From positions 1-64,000 of the forward strand of contig JBHLPF010000017.1 in the NCBI GenBank assembly GCA_048939765.1: 64,000 bases of DNA, written 5' to 3'. A program made the translations under genes and the position numbers. Position 1 is the first letter of the stretch, and each line of letters starts with the position of its first letter. The notes beneath the pieces were generated by a model. That model had not been told where the DNA came from, did no database searches, and saw nothing but the letters and a program-made list of their open reading frames with translations. Below are positions 48,694-58,463 of the stretch, piece after piece. This DNA is from Promethearchaeota archaeon (GTDB lineage Archaea; Asgardarchaeota; Thorarchaeia; Thorarchaeales; Thorarchaeaceae).

Positions 48694-49782
48694 GTGGGAG
48701 ACGTTCGCATAGCGATTGCAGGACTTGGGAACTGTGCATCTGCATTGATCCAAGGAGTGCATTATTACAAAGACGCAAAGGCTGAGGATGAAGTACCAGG
48801 TCTGATGCATGTTGATTTCGGAGGATACTTCCCCAAAGATTTGAAGTTCGTGGCTGCTTTTGAAGCCAATAGGAGAAAAATCGGAAAGGACATCGCAGAC
48901 GCAATATGGGAGGAGCCAAACTGCTGTGTGCCCTTCTATCGTGATGTCCCAAAGACAGGTGTAGAAGTCCTGCCAGGACCGATATCAGATGGAGTAGCCC
49001 CACATATGAGAGAATCGTTCTTCGCCTATGACGAGAACGAAACGGAACCTGTCAATGTTGCAGAGGAACTTAGAAAGTCAAAGGCAGATATGTTAGTTTC
49101 ATATCTTCCTGTCGGTAGTGCAGAAGCTGCAAGAATCTACGCAGATGCGGCGATTGAAGCGGAAGTCGGTTTCATAAATGCATTTCCTGAATTCATCGTT
49201 TCAGATCCGAATAGCCCCCATGCTCAAGCCTTTGAAAAGAAAGGAATTCCTGCTGCAGGAGATGATATTAAGAGCCAGCTTGGCGCCACTATTCTGCACC
49301 GCGTTCTAGCTCAACTCTTTGATAAGAGGGGTTTAATCCTCCAAAACACATACCAGCTGAACATAGGCGGAAACACAGACTTTGAAAATATGCAGGTCGA
49401 GAACAGACTTCAATCCAAGAGAATCAGTAAGACCGAGGCAGTCACAAGTTGCGTTGAGTATGAACTACCTACAAAGATTGGGCCCAGTGACTATGTCCCG
49501 TTCCTTGAGGACAACAAGGTGTGCTACATCAGCATGCGTTCCAAGGCTTTTGGAGACCTGCCAATTGATCTCAGTCTGAAACTGTCTGTTCAAGATTCAC
49601 CCAATTCAGCCGGTGTAATAATTGACGTTGCCAGGGCTGTCAAGATCGCTCTGGACCGTGGTATTGGCGGCGAACTTTCGAGCATTTGCTCCTATAGCTT
49701 CAAACACCCAAGGTACCAGATAGATGATTTTGAAGCAAGAAAGCGTGTCGATGAGTTCATCGAAGGAAAGCGCGAGAGATAG
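48694..49782 (+). CDS. ino1: myo-Inositol-1-phosphate synthase
   Basis: GLGNCASALIQG, YLPVGS, GDDIKSQLGAT, QLNIGGNTDF, DSPNSAG. Confidence 0.95.
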   Translation: MGDVRIAIAGLGNCASALIQGVHYYKDAKAEDEVPGLMHVDFGGYFPKDLKFVAAFEANRRKIGKDIADAIWEEPNCCVPFYRDVPKTGVEVLPGPISDGVAPHMRESFFAYDENETEPVNVAEELRKSKADMLVSYLPVGSAEAARIYADAAIEAEVGFINAFPEFIVSDPNSPHAQAFEKKGIPAAGDDIKSQLGATILHRVLAQLFDKRGLILQNTYQLNIGGNTDFENMQVENRLQSKRISKTEAVTSCVEYELPTKIGPSDYVPFLEDNKVCYISMRSKAFGDLPIDLSLKLSVQDSPNSAGVIIDVARAVKIALDRGIGGELSSICSYSFKHPRYQIDDFEARKRVDEFIEGKRER

Positions 49783-49803
49783 AACACATGGATGATGGAA
49801 TCC

Positions 49804-49835
49804 ATCTGGTCCAGCCTTCGCATACTGGACCAGAT
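49804..49835. terminator. 11-bp inverted repeat between convergent genes
   Basis: ATCTGGTCCAG-N10-CTGGACCAGAT. Confidence 0.55.
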
Positions 49836-49849
49836 ATCTCTTCTAGAAA

Positions 49850-51001
49850 CTAGAGCTCAGTGAAGCTCTTGACAGTCTTTTCATCGAGCCTCTTTATCAC
49901 TTCAACTAGAAGACCTATGGCATTCTCGACATCTGACAGGTCAATCATTCCATGATGCGAATGAACATGTCTCGTTGGAATCCCGATAAACAGTGAAGGA
50001 GCGCCCATTCCCGTGATGTGGATAACTCCAGCATCAGTTCCTCCGAACTTCAGAAATGCTGGTTGATGTCTGAAACCCTTCTCCTCTGCGATATCCAGGA
50101 CGAACTGACGGAATTTCGGATTTGGGATCATTGATCCATCTCCAGCTGAGATTGATACACCTTTACCCATCTTTTGAACAAGGCCCTTGACTCCAGGCAC
50201 ATCACCCGAAATATCGACATCAAGTGCAAATCCTATATCTGGTAGAAGCATCTGTGCAGCTGTTCTGGCACCTCTCAATCCAAGCTCCTCTTGCGTCGTG
50301 GATACTGCATAGATGATGTTTGGATGCGAGATGTTCTCCTCAGACAGTCTTCTCAGTACTTCTAGTGCAATAAAGACACCAATCCGATCGTCGAATGCTT
50401 TTGAAACCGCTAGCGTGACGTCTCTGACTTCTTCTTCCGCATCTTTATCGTCTTCGTTCTTCTTCTCTTTCCGGGTTCGCTCCATTATCCTAAAAATGGA
50501 GTTTGGTACAGCGGGGTCGCCAACTCGAATTCCTAACTCCTTCACCTCTTTCGGCGAGTTGCACCCGACGTCAATGAACATCTTCTCCTTTGTAACCACC
50601 TTGGAACGTTCTTCAGGGCTCAGTACATGGGGAGGAGGAGCTCCGATAACACCAATAATCTTCTCAGTTCCGCGAGAGGGTTTGATTATGACTTCTTGTG
50701 TGAGAAGCGTCTGGTCCCACCAACCGCCTAGTTGATGAAAACGGAGATATCCATTCTTTTCGATTTCAGTTATCACAAAACCGATTTCGTCTACATGCCC
50801 TGCAAGCATGAGTTTTGGTCCTTTGTCCCCTCTGCGGAACACAACCGAGCCCATTCGGTCATAAAGGACCTCATCTGCGTACTTGGCCCCATGGTCTCTA
50901 GCAATCTTCTGCGCCTCATGTTCATGACCGCTAGGCCCGAATGAATTGCATAAGGCTTCTAGGAGTTTGACATCAATCTTCTTTCCTGCCATTGAACTCA
51001 C
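49850..51001 (-). CDS. M42 (TET-type) aminopeptidase
   Basis: GPSGHE, AGHVDEIG, KAFDDRIG, QEELGLRGA, GGTDA, RHVHS. Confidence 0.94.
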   Translation of the reverse strand: MSSMAGKKIDVKLLEALCNSFGPSGHEHEAQKIARDHGAKYADEVLYDRMGSVVFRRGDKGPKLMLAGHVDEIGFVITEIEKNGYLRFHQLGGWWDQTLLTQEVIIKPSRGTEKIIGVIGAPPPHVLSPEERSKVVTKEKMFIDVGCNSPKEVKELGIRVGDPAVPNSIFRIMERTRKEKKNEDDKDAEEEVRDVTLAVSKAFDDRIGVFIALEVLRRLSEENISHPNIIYAVSTTQEELGLRGARTAAQMLLPDIGFALDVDISGDVPGVKGLVQKMGKGVSISAGDGSMIPNPKFRQFVLDIAEEKGFRHQPAFLKFGGTDAGVIHITGMGAPSLFIGIPTRHVHSHHGMIDLSDVENAIGLLVEVIKRLDEKTVKSFTEL

Positions 51002-51087
51002 TTCAGAGTAGTTTCTGTAGAATGATGCTCCAGGGATTCAAATCAGGTAAAGTAGTTTCGGTCCAGGCAGGAGAGATGATGTACTTG

Positions 51088-51624
51088 CTAAATGCTCGAT
51101 TTTGCAAGCAGGCTGAATGCTTCTTCCACGTTTTGGCCACTCAATGCGCTGGTCTCCAGGTAGGCCACCAGATTATATTCTTGAGCAAACTCCATACCCA
51201 TCTCAGTGGTGATAACACGCTCATGTTCAAGATCAACCTTGTTGGCAAGGAGGATTATAGGAATCCGTTCGCCCAAGGCATTCTCTGTTTCTTCTATCCA
51301 TTTGGGAAGCTCAATGTATGTGCTTTTTCTGGTGGTGTCAAAAACTAGCAGGGCACCTTTCGACCCTCTATAGTAGCTCCCACGAATGAAATCGAATCGC
51401 TGCTGTCCAGCTAAGTCCCAGACCAAGAGTTTGACTACGACAGAGTTTCCATTATTATCCGGCACCGCCACAGTCTTCACTGCAAACTGGGAACCGATGG
51501 TTACTATATACTGCTCCGAAAACTTCTGCGTAAGGAACCGATTTACAAGTGCGGTCTTGCCACTGCCACCGGCTCCTATCATGACAACCTTACGCATGAA
51601 ATCAAATTCCGCAGCTTTAGCCAA
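51088..51624 (-). CDS. Rab-like small GTPase
   Basis: GAGGSGKT, TIGSQF, KLLVWDLAGQQRF, YYRGS, LVFD, ANKVD, ETSA. Confidence 0.93.
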   Translation of the reverse strand: MAKAAEFDFMRKVVMIGAGGSGKTALVNRFLTQKFSEQYIVTIGSQFAVKTVAVPDNNGNSVVVKLLVWDLAGQQRFDFIRGSYYRGSKGALLVFDTTRKSTYIELPKWIEETENALGERIPIILLANKVDLEHERVITTEMGMEFAQEYNLVAYLETSALSGQNVEEAFSLLAKSSI

Positions 51625-51855
51625 GTCGGTCCCTCGTGAAATCCATTATGCTCGTTCATATCTCAGCAGTGCACAATGCTGGAATCAATGAGAGCTGGGT
51701 TTGACCATATTTAGCCTTTTATGGCATTTAATGGAGTGGCAAACTCATTCTCACATCAAAATAGGTTGGCGCCCTATTCATAGTTTCGCGTCTGAGTCTG
51801 GAAGAGATTATAACGGGTGTTACCGGGGTCGTACCTGTCGGGAGGACGACGCAGC

Positions 51856-52041
51856 ATGCGGCTTATCACTGTAAAGATGAGTGAGATTTATGCAGATGGA
51901 TTGGATAAGCTGGTTGAGATTGGTATGTATCCGTCCAGGAGCGAAGCAATAAGAGTGGCAATCCGTGATCTGTTGCGCCGAGAGCTGTGGCCGAGAGATG
52001 GAGGGCCTCTTTTGATGGATGATGACACCGACTCAGGGTGA
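51856..52041 (+). CDS. Ribbon-helix-helix protein, CdrS/CopG-like
   Basis: MRLITVKM...LDKLVEIGMYPSRSEAIRVAIRDLL; GGAGG RBS. Confidence 0.88.
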   Translation: MRLITVKMSEIYADGLDKLVEIGMYPSRSEAIRVAIRDLLRRELWPRDGGPLLMDDDTDSG

Positions 52042-52123
52042 GCTGCATTCCCCCCCAAAACACAAATTAGTATAAATCTGTGAACCAAATCATATAGAGC
52101 GTACAATCGGAGGTTTCACGCCA

Positions 52124-52645
52124 TTGAATCTCAGAGTTCTTTTCAAGAGTATAAAATTCGCTTTCCGCGCCAAGAGACGTGTGTTTACTTTCATTGTAAT
52201 CTATGCGTTTCTAATTGTGATGGTGTCACGTGGACTGGCCTCAGGAACAGATCAACTCCTTTGGCTCTTTGCCGCATTTGTGCTGGCAACACTATATGCA
52301 GTCCTGATTGCACAGTCCAGAGCAAAGGATATCGCGATTCTCAAATGTGTTTCATGGAACAACAATGACATATTCCTAATCATGGTCGGAGAAGTGGTTC
52401 TTGTATCACTCTCGGCATTCCTATTGGTGTTTCAAATAAGTGTTGAACTGCTTGGTTTAGTGGCTTATTTCGAACCATTGTTTGACACAGGCTTTCTCGA
52501 TGGTCTACAAGCATTGCTTGCAGTTCCACTTGGGGACCTCCTGGTCACTCTATTTGTAATTGTGGTATTGCAGCTACCAGGCCTCTATCTGGCGCAACGA
52601 AGAGCCATGATGATTGCACCGATGAGAGCACTAAGGGAGGAATGA
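52124..52645 (+). CDS. Short FtsX/MacB-type ABC permease
   Basis: RAKDIAILKCVSW, IAPMRALREE C-terminus; four TM helices. Confidence 0.8.
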   Translation: MNLRVLFKSIKFAFRAKRRVFTFIVIYAFLIVMVSRGLASGTDQLLWLFAAFVLATLYAVLIAQSRAKDIAILKCVSWNNNDIFLIMVGEVVLVSLSAFLLVFQISVELLGLVAYFEPLFDTGFLDGLQALLAVPLGDLLVTLFVIVVLQLPGLYLAQRRAMMIAPMRALREE

Positions 52646-53325
52646 AAATGGCAAACGCAATAATCCAACTCGAAGATGTAAACAAGGAGTTCGGCAAAGG
52701 GAAAAACACTGTCGCTGCGCTGAAAGACATCAATCTTGAGATTCAACAAGGCGAGTTCGTAGCTGTGGTGGGACCGTCAGGATGTGGAAAATCCACATTG
52801 CTTCATGTTATGGCTGGCCTAGAACAACCGACAACCGGTAGAGTTCTCCTAGATGCTGTTGATGTCACTCTAATCAGTGAGAGGGACCTCCCCAAAGTGA
52901 GAGCTCAAAAGATAGGATTCGTCTTTCAGGCATTCCTGCTCATAGAGGATCTCACCGCATACGAAAATGTTGAGTCAGTCCTCTGGCCAAATGAAGAGCT
53001 GACAAAAGAATCCCAAGAGAAGATGGCACTAGAAGTTCTCCGAGATGTTGACATGCTCGAGAGAAGAGATCACTTTCCGCGTCAGATGAGCGGCGGGGAA
53101 CAGCAGCGTGTGGCAATTGCGAGAGCTTTAGTAAATAGGCCTCCAATTCTCTTCTGTGATGAACCCACCGGAAATCTAGACAGCAAGATAGGCGACAGCA
53201 TCATGAAGGAGATTGCGAACCTTGCCAGAGAAAAGAACATGACCGTCGTCTTAGTCACACATAATGAGGACTTGACCAAGTACGCTAAGCGCGTTCTTCG
53301 CATGAAGGATGGAGCCATCAGATAG
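52642..53325 (+). CDS. ABC ATP-binding protein (LolD/MacB family)
   Basis: GPSGCGKST, IGFVFQ, MSGGEQQRVAIARAL, DEPTGNLD, VTHN. Confidence 0.95.
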   Translation: MKMANAIIQLEDVNKEFGKGKNTVAALKDINLEIQQGEFVAVVGPSGCGKSTLLHVMAGLEQPTTGRVLLDAVDVTLISERDLPKVRAQKIGFVFQAFLLIEDLTAYENVESVLWPNEELTKESQEKMALEVLRDVDMLERRDHFPRQMSGGEQQRVAIARALVNRPPILFCDEPTGNLDSKIGDSIMKEIANLAREKNMTVVLVTHNEDLTKYAKRVLRMKDGAIR

Positions 53326-53418
53326 ACCTCACTGATTGAAGTGCCTTGACCTGGCTGAACCAAAGCTTAAGATGGATAATCAGCCAGGTCTGTACATCTT
53401 TTTGGAGCGCAGACGAAA

Positions 53419-54249
53419 ATGCAAAAGGCCAACTGCAGCAAGCAAGAGGAACTCGCTGAAGAGAAAGCTGCAGATGGATTCAATGAGGAGGCGATGGACC
53501 TCTTTGAATCAGCCGCAGAGTGTTGGAGACGCTGGGAGTCATTTGCTAGAGCTGCCAACTGCTTCGAACGTGCCTATGAGCACGCAATGCTCGCCCACAG
53601 GTATTCAAAGGCTGCTAATGCTATGATTGAAGGAGGGTACTCGTGGATCAAAGAGGGACATCACGACAAGTTTGAGATTGACTGCCAAATAGCAGCGGAA
53701 GCATACATCTTAGCTGCTGAGAATGAAAAGGACCCGTCTTATTTTGTGGAGGGCTCATTGTGCGCTATAACCGGCGGTGATATTGAACTGGCAAAACAGC
53801 TTATACATGCAGCTGCTGAAACTACGAAGGGACAGATTAGAGAACTGATTATCTTTGCCTTGATGTTGAGTGAATATGACTTCGGAGATGCAGACCGCTA
53901 TATTGAAGAAGTCCTCCAAACAGCGGTCGATAGGATGACTGTCGGTAAGGCGCATCGATACCTCTACTTGATTCTTACAGGTTTCATTCGTACATCATTG
54001 GAATCTGAAGCAGCTGTTACAATGACAAGTCTGGTTGAAAGTACAGGCATGAAAGAGGAGAAACTGGCAAAATTGGTGAGAAAAGGCATTCAGGAAGGAT
54101 TGATTCCCGCCTACTATGATACGGACTCTAGGGAGCTTGTTGTAGACACTGACAGATACGATGTTTCTGCACTCGCAGATAGAAAAGGTCCGATCATGAG
54201 CCGGGATCTAGATGACCCTGGCGCTTGGGACCTTGATTTGGAGGAGTGA
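53419..54249 (+). CDS. Alpha-SNAP/TPR-like solenoid with C-terminal PCI-like winged helix
   Basis: EAMDLFESAAECW...AANCFERA repeats; C-terminal LVRKGIQEGLIPAYYD. Confidence 0.65.
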   Translation: MQKANCSKQEELAEEKAADGFNEEAMDLFESAAECWRRWESFARAANCFERAYEHAMLAHRYSKAANAMIEGGYSWIKEGHHDKFEIDCQIAAEAYILAAENEKDPSYFVEGSLCAITGGDIELAKQLIHAAAETTKGQIRELIIFALMLSEYDFGDADRYIEEVLQTAVDRMTVGKAHRYLYLILTGFIRTSLESEAAVTMTSLVESTGMKEEKLAKLVRKGIQEGLIPAYYDTDSRELVVDTDRYDVSALADRKGPIMSRDLDDPGAWDLDLEE

Positions 54250-54399
54250 CTGCTACTGCAACATCCAATTAACATTGATATTCGAATCATAGCATGATTG
54301 AAGCTGCATTCACTGGCTTCGATATCCGAGTCAGCAGCAAACGTTTTTAGTACGATTGCAGACTCTCAATCGACGGCCCCCATTGCAAAGGTGGTTTAG

Positions 54400-54621
54400 A
54401 TGGCTGAAGGCCTAAAGTGGTTGCAGTGCCCTGTCTGTAAGAAGACGATTTCTTGGAAGGTTCCAGACCAGGCACTCAAGAAAGTCACACGCTTTCCTGT
54501 GGCTATAGTCGTCAAGCACGATGACCACAATTTGGTCTGTTATGTTGATAGTCATCTACAACTCGCTGATACTGAGGTTGCAGCAGCCTATGTAGAAGGC
54601 AAATCAAAGGATGATGAATGA
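54400..54621 (+). CDS. Small putative Zn-binding protein
   Basis: CPVC...H..H..VCYVD; GGTGG RBS. Confidence 0.75.
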   Translation: MAEGLKWLQCPVCKKTISWKVPDQALKKVTRFPVAIVVKHDDHNLVCYVDSHLQLADTEVAAAYVEGKSKDDE

Positions 54622-54637
54622 GCGTCCGAATCTGTTT

Positions 54638-55201
54638 TCACTTCAGACCATTATCCATAGCCCATTCAAGCACTCTCGATGCTTGCGCGCTGGCCATGCC
54701 CCAATTCATGAGCTTGTCAATCAAGCTGCGGATGCCTGACACCCAATCCGAAAGAACATCCTCAATTCTCCCACGCATGCCTGGCTCATGGACCTCTTTA
54801 AGAAATGGCAGTAGCTTATCGACCCAAGTCTGAGATAGGACTAATAGAGTTTCGAGTCTTGCAATCCACTCTTGTCGTGGCAAGCCGCTGAGAGTCTGAG
54901 CAACAGCTAAGTGATAGTCATACTGCGCAGTAATATATCTCAAGCGCCAGCTAATGACCTCAATCAGAAGTGTGCGATAGTCATTATTCGGTGCAGTTCT
55001 GATCAGAAGGGTTAGGAAACGTTCGGACATCTCGTCTGCAGACTGACTCGCTTCATAGTATAATGCCATGGCTTGCTGATGCTGCTCATCAGCCAGAAGC
55101 TCATCAGCCTCACTCACTGCACTCTTGAAACGTTCAAGCAGCTGGCGAGTGGTGCTGTCTGAGGGAAGGTCTGCATCATTCTGGTCCAGGTTCACTAACA
55201 T
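54638..55201 (-). CDS. Hypothetical all-helical protein
   Basis: 187-aa ORF, GGTGA RBS, amphipathic helices. Confidence 0.7.
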   Translation of the reverse strand: MLVNLDQNDADLPSDSTTRQLLERFKSAVSEADELLADEQHQQAMALYYEASQSADEMSERFLTLLIRTAPNNDYRTLLIEVISWRLRYITAQYDYHLAVAQTLSGLPRQEWIARLETLLVLSQTWVDKLLPFLKEVHEPGMRGRIEDVLSDWVSGIRSLIDKLMNWGMASAQASRVLEWAMDNGLK

Positions 55202-55367
55202 TCACCGACTAGCTTAGTGGAATAGCAGGAAACAAACAGGCAGAAGTGGATGAAATTTGCCTCATCGAGGAAGTCCACACATCAATGTTGTCTTCCAGCG
55301 CCAATTTTGTCCATTGGTTCCTTGCATGATTCGCGATTCTTCAAGCGATAAACGCCCTAAAAGATGT

Positions 55368-56372
55368 CTATGATGTCCTCGCCTTGTCAAGAGCACCGTC
55401 TAGCGGCGGAATGTTGCTCTTCTTGTAGTCATCAGAGGCTTCAGTCCAATGCATAAACTCAGGGGATGGCGGATACTCAGAATAGAGAGAAGGCCTCGTT
55501 GATTCCAGACACCGATTCTCGATTGCAAGCGACTCTGCCACACTCACAATATGATTGCCGGCGCTTTCAGCAACCTCCTTGATGGGATGCAGCCAACTTG
55601 ACCACTTCTTTGATCTCATGAGGTGGTGGTCAACAACGACAAGTGGAATTCTGGTTGCAAGACTCGTTAGTGATAGAAATGCAGATTGTCTATGGTGTTC
55701 CTCGAATTTTCTCAAATAGATAGGCGGCCCACCAACTAGCAAAATATCAGGAGACGTAGACAGGATATACTTCAAATCCTCTTGAACGACAGGACCCTGA
55801 AGGTCAGGAGCAAACGTCACAGAGTGGCCCTCATGTTCGATTGAGGTTGCGATTACGTACCCGAGTCTTGTGTCATAGGGTCCATGTGATAGTGGCTTTG
55901 AGCAAACAACCTTCGTCGCTCCAAATTCAAAGGTTCTGCCGTCGCTCCAATTTAGCCTCTCTGAGATTGGTTGAACATCCTTCTCAAAATAGAATCCTCT
56001 TCGCCGCTGAGAGGGATTGATATTGTCTCTATTGTCCTTTGCAAGAATCACCTTCCCATCGAACAGCCTTCGAAGTTCTTCGCGCGAACTCAAGTTGTAG
56101 CGGAAATCTGTAAATCCCGGACGAACATGGTCATAATGATAGTGAGATATTGAAAGGACATCTGCCTTCCTTGACTCCACAAAGATTCTCTCAAGGCTTT
56201 TAATGAGTGTTTGATACTCAATGGGATGAGGCTCAAGACGCTCTCGCATTGCCAGCGCAGCTGAGGGATCAAGCGCCATCGAGATGTCAGGAGTCTTCAC
56301 CAATGTGCAAAACGACCGCACTCCTAGGCTTTCTGCGGCTAGGGGCACAACTTCTATTTCGCCAGTTCGCAC
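55368..56372 (-). CDS. UPF0282 family MBL-fold hydrolase
   Basis: AAESLGVRS, DP..AL, SHYHYDH, INPSQRRR, DHHLMR. Confidence 0.9.
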   Translation of the reverse strand: MRTGEIEVVPLAAESLGVRSFCTLVKTPDISMALDPSAALAMRERLEPHPIEYQTLIKSLERIFVESRKADVLSISHYHYDHVRPGFTDFRYNLSSREELRRLFDGKVILAKDNRDNINPSQRRRGFYFEKDVQPISERLNWSDGRTFEFGATKVVCSKPLSHGPYDTRLGYVIATSIEHEGHSVTFAPDLQGPVVQEDLKYILSTSPDILLVGGPPIYLRKFEEHHRQSAFLSLTSLATRIPLVVVDHHLMRSKKWSSWLHPIKEVAESAGNHIVSVAESLAIENRCLESTRPSLYSEYPPSPEFMHWTEASDDYKKSNIPPLDGALDKARTS

Positions 56373-56872
56373 TATGCAGCCTTCCTGTAGTAGTTTAGTG
56401 TGTAATCTCCTTTATCATGCTCTAACTCAGCTTCGTATACATATGGAGTGTCATTCGCCTCCCTAAAACAGTCAAACATGAACAAATCAGATGGTAGGAA
56501 TTCGGAACGACGCGCATCAATCTCATCCAAAGTGAAGAGCGCCAGTTCACCTTCTCTATGCGATTCACTGTAGCTGTCAATCTCACCATAGCCGACGAAA
56601 ATCAAGAAGTGATTCACGAGCGCACTATCGCTTTGGACTAATCTTTCCGAGACAACTCCTCTATACTCGTAGCTGGGGAGGGAGGCTGCACCGGTTTCTT
56701 CCAAGACCTCTCGTTTTGCTGCTTCAAGTATATGTTCCCCAATTCCTACCTTCCCACCTACTAGGCTCCACAGGTTCTCGTAGGGGTAGTTTGCACGCTT
56801 TAGGAAGAGATACCGGTCCTTGTAGCGGAGAATGCTTATCACGATTGGAATCATGGAAGTCACCGGGAACAC
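56372..56872 (-). CDS. NUDIX hydrolase; start may be 56854
   Basis: GGKVGIGEHILEAAKREVLEETG Nudix box. Confidence 0.92.
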   Translation of the reverse strand: MFPVTSMIPIVISILRYKDRYLFLKRANYPYENLWSLVGGKVGIGEHILEAAKREVLEETGAASLPSYEYRGVVSERLVQSDSALVNHFLIFVGYGEIDSYSESHREGELALFTLDEIDARRSEFLPSDLFMFDCFREANDTPYVYEAELEHDKGDYTLNYYRKAA

Positions 56873-56986
56873 CTCACAGTGTATGTTTTGACAATAGCTA
56901 TTTCGGCGAGCTCGGCTTTAAACCTAGGGAGTGAAGGAGGCGAACATTCAAAGCGCTCGCTATCTCTTGGGCTGTAGGTCTTTAGA

Positions 56987-58432
56987 GTGAGCACAATCAT
57001 CTCCGAAGCAATAGCGGACGAAGTACTGTCGAAGATTATGCCAACCAAAGAGGAGATTGAGAATCAGGCCACAGTGATTTCAAACCTCAGGAATGCTCTT
57101 GAACGATATGCGATTGAGAATGGATTTGCATTTCATTCGATCGAGCCTCAAGGCTCGACAGGGGAGAAACAGACGCAACTCAGAGGTGCTTCAGATATAG
57201 ATCTCTTTGTCATTCTCTCGCAAGACGACTACCCAGAGATAATGAGTTGGGATCCAAAGAGAAAAGGAAAGGCCGTAGACAGCCTCATGGACAGCATGGT
57301 GGATAACTGGTTCAAACCAGCACTGTCTAGAATCGAAGCTAGTTCGATTCAGAAAGCGTACTCTCAGCATCCCTATTTGTCCCTTGAGATGATGGGATTT
57401 GAAGTCGATATAGTGTCCTGCTTTCTCATTTCTCAGAAAGATTTAGAGAGAAACGGGCCAATTACTGCGATGGACAGGACTGTCCATCATTCCAAATATG
57501 TATCCAAGAATATAGGATCGCTTCGAAATGATGCTAGGATTCTGAAGTCATTTGTACGAGCTTGCCACGCTTACGGAGATAGATGTGCTGTCGGACATAT
57601 GGGATTCACAGGCTATGCCCTAGAGCTTCTTGTCATTTTGAAGGGAGGAGTTGATGAGGCTATTAGAGCAATTCTTGATCTCGGCACTACTCCTCTGGAT
57701 CCTTTCCATAGGAGCTTGGCGGACCTCAGAAAGACGCCAGCCTTCAGAGATGACAGCATATTCATCATAGATCCTACGGACCCGGGCAGGAATGTCGCAT
57801 CAAGTTTTGACCAGAGATCGTTTCGACTCTTGAAGGTATTATCAAGTCAATTAATTGCAGCAGCCAAGGAAGGTAATTCCAGCAAAGTCCAGGAGCTTCT
57901 CTTAGAGAAACCAATCCCGACTACTGCGGTGCCAAAATGGTTTGAAAAACACAGTTCTGTTCGTGAATTCAAATCGGATGGCTCAGTCCACTATACCATC
58001 TTGAGAGATAAGATTCATAGTTTCGCAAGAAGAGCCGCTGGCGAGTTATCCAAAGAGAATACGGGAGAACCGCGATTTGGCGAAATACTCACCGAGGTAT
58101 ACTTTGAAGGATCTTCATACGCTGTTGGATTCATAATTGAGAAGCCCGAAATACCGGAGAAGTACGATAGAAAAGGCCCGCCGATATCGATGAGAGATGC
58201 CTCAGGCAGCTTCCGTCAGGCACATCCAGATGCCGTTGAGAGAGATGGACATCTTTGGATAGAAGAGACACGTATGTGGACCTCTGGAGAGGATTATGTT
58301 GAATCCCTTATGGAGAGTGTTGCTATCAGTGGCCTTGCACTGACAATCAAAACTGAAACCTCTTCCAAGCTGTTGAATATCATGATGGACTGGGTGCTTC
58401 TCGCTGAGCCCGACTATCCTTCATTGAAGTGA
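56987..58432 (+). CDS. cca: Archaeal (class I) CCA-adding enzyme
   Basis: GS...T.LRGASDIDLF, YSQHPY, VDIV, TAMDRT..H, GFTGY..ELL, IDPTDPGRNVA. Confidence 0.92.
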   Translation: MSTIISEAIADEVLSKIMPTKEEIENQATVISNLRNALERYAIENGFAFHSIEPQGSTGEKQTQLRGASDIDLFVILSQDDYPEIMSWDPKRKGKAVDSLMDSMVDNWFKPALSRIEASSIQKAYSQHPYLSLEMMGFEVDIVSCFLISQKDLERNGPITAMDRTVHHSKYVSKNIGSLRNDARILKSFVRACHAYGDRCAVGHMGFTGYALELLVILKGGVDEAIRAILDLGTTPLDPFHRSLADLRKTPAFRDDSIFIIDPTDPGRNVASSFDQRSFRLLKVLSSQLIAAAKEGNSSKVQELLLEKPIPTTAVPKWFEKHSSVREFKSDGSVHYTILRDKIHSFARRAAGELSKENTGEPRFGEILTEVYFEGSSYAVGFIIEKPEIPEKYDRKGPPISMRDASGSFRQAHPDAVERDGHLWIEETRMWTSGEDYVESLMESVAISGLALTIKTETSSKLLNIMMDWVLLAEPDYPSLK

Positions 58433-58463
58433 AAGAGTTTAAGGAGACCCTTGTTCTTTCTAA

